A stretch of DNA of 64,000 nucleotides from IMG/VR virus record IMGVR_UViG_2827179085_000005, positions 1 through 64,000 of that record. One strand, given 5' to 3'. Of the stretch, positions 63,476-64,000 are shown in pieces. Source of the stretch: a virus (taxonomy: Duplodnaviria; Heunggongvirae; Uroviricota; Caudoviricetes). Below the pieces are notes generated by a model that was not told the origin of the DNA, searched no databases, and saw nothing but the letters and a program-made list of their open reading frames with translations. The stretch's first letter is position 1. The number at the start of each line of letters is the position of its first letter. The translations under genes and the position numbers were made by a program.

Positions 63476-64000
63476 TTAATTCAGGTCAATTCTTGTACTA
63501 CTGATTTTAATTCCGCTAGGTGTCATTGTAATAGTAGATGATCCACAAACAAATGTTATTTTCATGTCAGATTCAACCTTTACTTCGCCACCAACAGTAT
63601 AAACTTTCACAGCATCGGTCTGAGAAAAACTTAAATCAACAGCTCTGATATTACCTAAGTCATTAGTGTATCGGAAAAATAATCCAGTATTATCTTTCTT
63701 TATTGTACCTATATTCCCACCAACGCCATTACCTTGACCAAAAACCATCTCAGGATAACTATCGCCATTTCCTCTTCTTAAATGTAACATAAACTTTGTT
63801 ATATCGCTTTTTGAAGAGTTGCCAGTATTCAGCTTTATGAAATTATTTCTGATATAAACATAGTCTTGGGACACACCATTTTTTTCAACAGTCTTCAAGC
63901 TATTGACCATAAGATCAGAAATGTATCCATCAGTTTCTTCATCGAGAATCAATTCGCCATCCATATCAGGCTCAATAATCAGCTTTCTCGCTCGAAGTGT
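63476..64000 (-). CDS. hypothetical structural protein, 5' end beyond window
   Basis: reading frame open to the window edge upstream of Met 63964. Confidence 0.4.
   Translation of the reverse strand, partial: TLRARKLIIEPDMDGELILDEETDGYISDLMVNSLKTVEKNGVSQDYVYIRNNFIKLNTGNSSKSDITKFMLHLRRGNGDSYPEMVFGQGNGVGGNIGTIKKDNTGLFFRYTNDLGNIRAVDLSFSQTDAVKVYTVGGEVKVESDMKITFVCGSSTITMTPSGIKISSTRIDLN

Noticed and set aside
1-64000. Search for tRNA, rRNA, CRISPR arrays, integrase/att sites and IS elements
   Set aside because: I saw no tRNA-like T-arm or anticodon-stem patterns, no regularly spaced direct repeats, and no recombinase-like ORF in this window.

Overview
This window looks like the early/replication plus lysis/tail region of a large temperate Bacillus-type phage or prophage (SPbeta-like gene content). 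GC is low, sigmaA-like promoters and AGGAGG-type RBSs are common, and many short genes have ATGA start/stop overlaps. I did not detect rRNA, tRNA, CRISPR, integrase or IS elements. A search for att sites would settle the phage-versus-prophage question.

Positions 1-44.8 kb form a long plus-strand block of replication and nucleotide-metabolism genes:
- Replication: DnaB-like helicase, TOPRIM primase, RecJ-like exonuclease, ATP-dependent DNA ligase, RNase H, RusA resolvase, and a Pol III alpha/DnaE-like polymerase preceded by an HNH-like ORF.
- Ribonucleotide reductase: class Ib NrdI-NrdE-NrdF plus an NrdH-like redoxin, and class III NrdD-NrdG.
- Nucleotide and NAD metabolism: dUTPase, thymidine kinase, HD 5'-nucleotidase, nucleoside deoxyribosyltransferase, and an NAD+ salvage trio (NadV + NMNAT + Nudix).
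- Dozens of small ORFs of unknown function.

Positions 44.8-48.5 kb form a small accessory island that I rate as the most interesting region:
- An XRE-HTH/TPR (RNPP-type) quorum-sensing regulator.
- A translationally coupled 36-codon secreted-peptide gene immediately downstream.
- A Spo0E-like small ORF.
- A candidate type I toxin-like 39-aa membrane peptide bracketed by terminators.

Positions 48.5-64 kb are minus-strand:
- Secreted proteins.
- A lysis cassette (BhlA/XhlA-like protein, holin, amidase endolysin).
- A 1556-aa multi-discoidin tail fibre and further tail/baseplate-like genes.

Two cross-cutting observations:
- A 16-nt motif ATGCYAAAGAAAGTAY recurs about 16 times. In six copies it sits in the spacer of TTGACN-17-TATAAT promoters; elsewhere it lies just upstream of RBSs or overlaps start codons.
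- Five genes (recJ, nrdD, yqeY-like, and two tail genes) are split by single-base frameshifts, all at A/T homopolymer runs. This could be sequencing error or genuine pseudogenisation.
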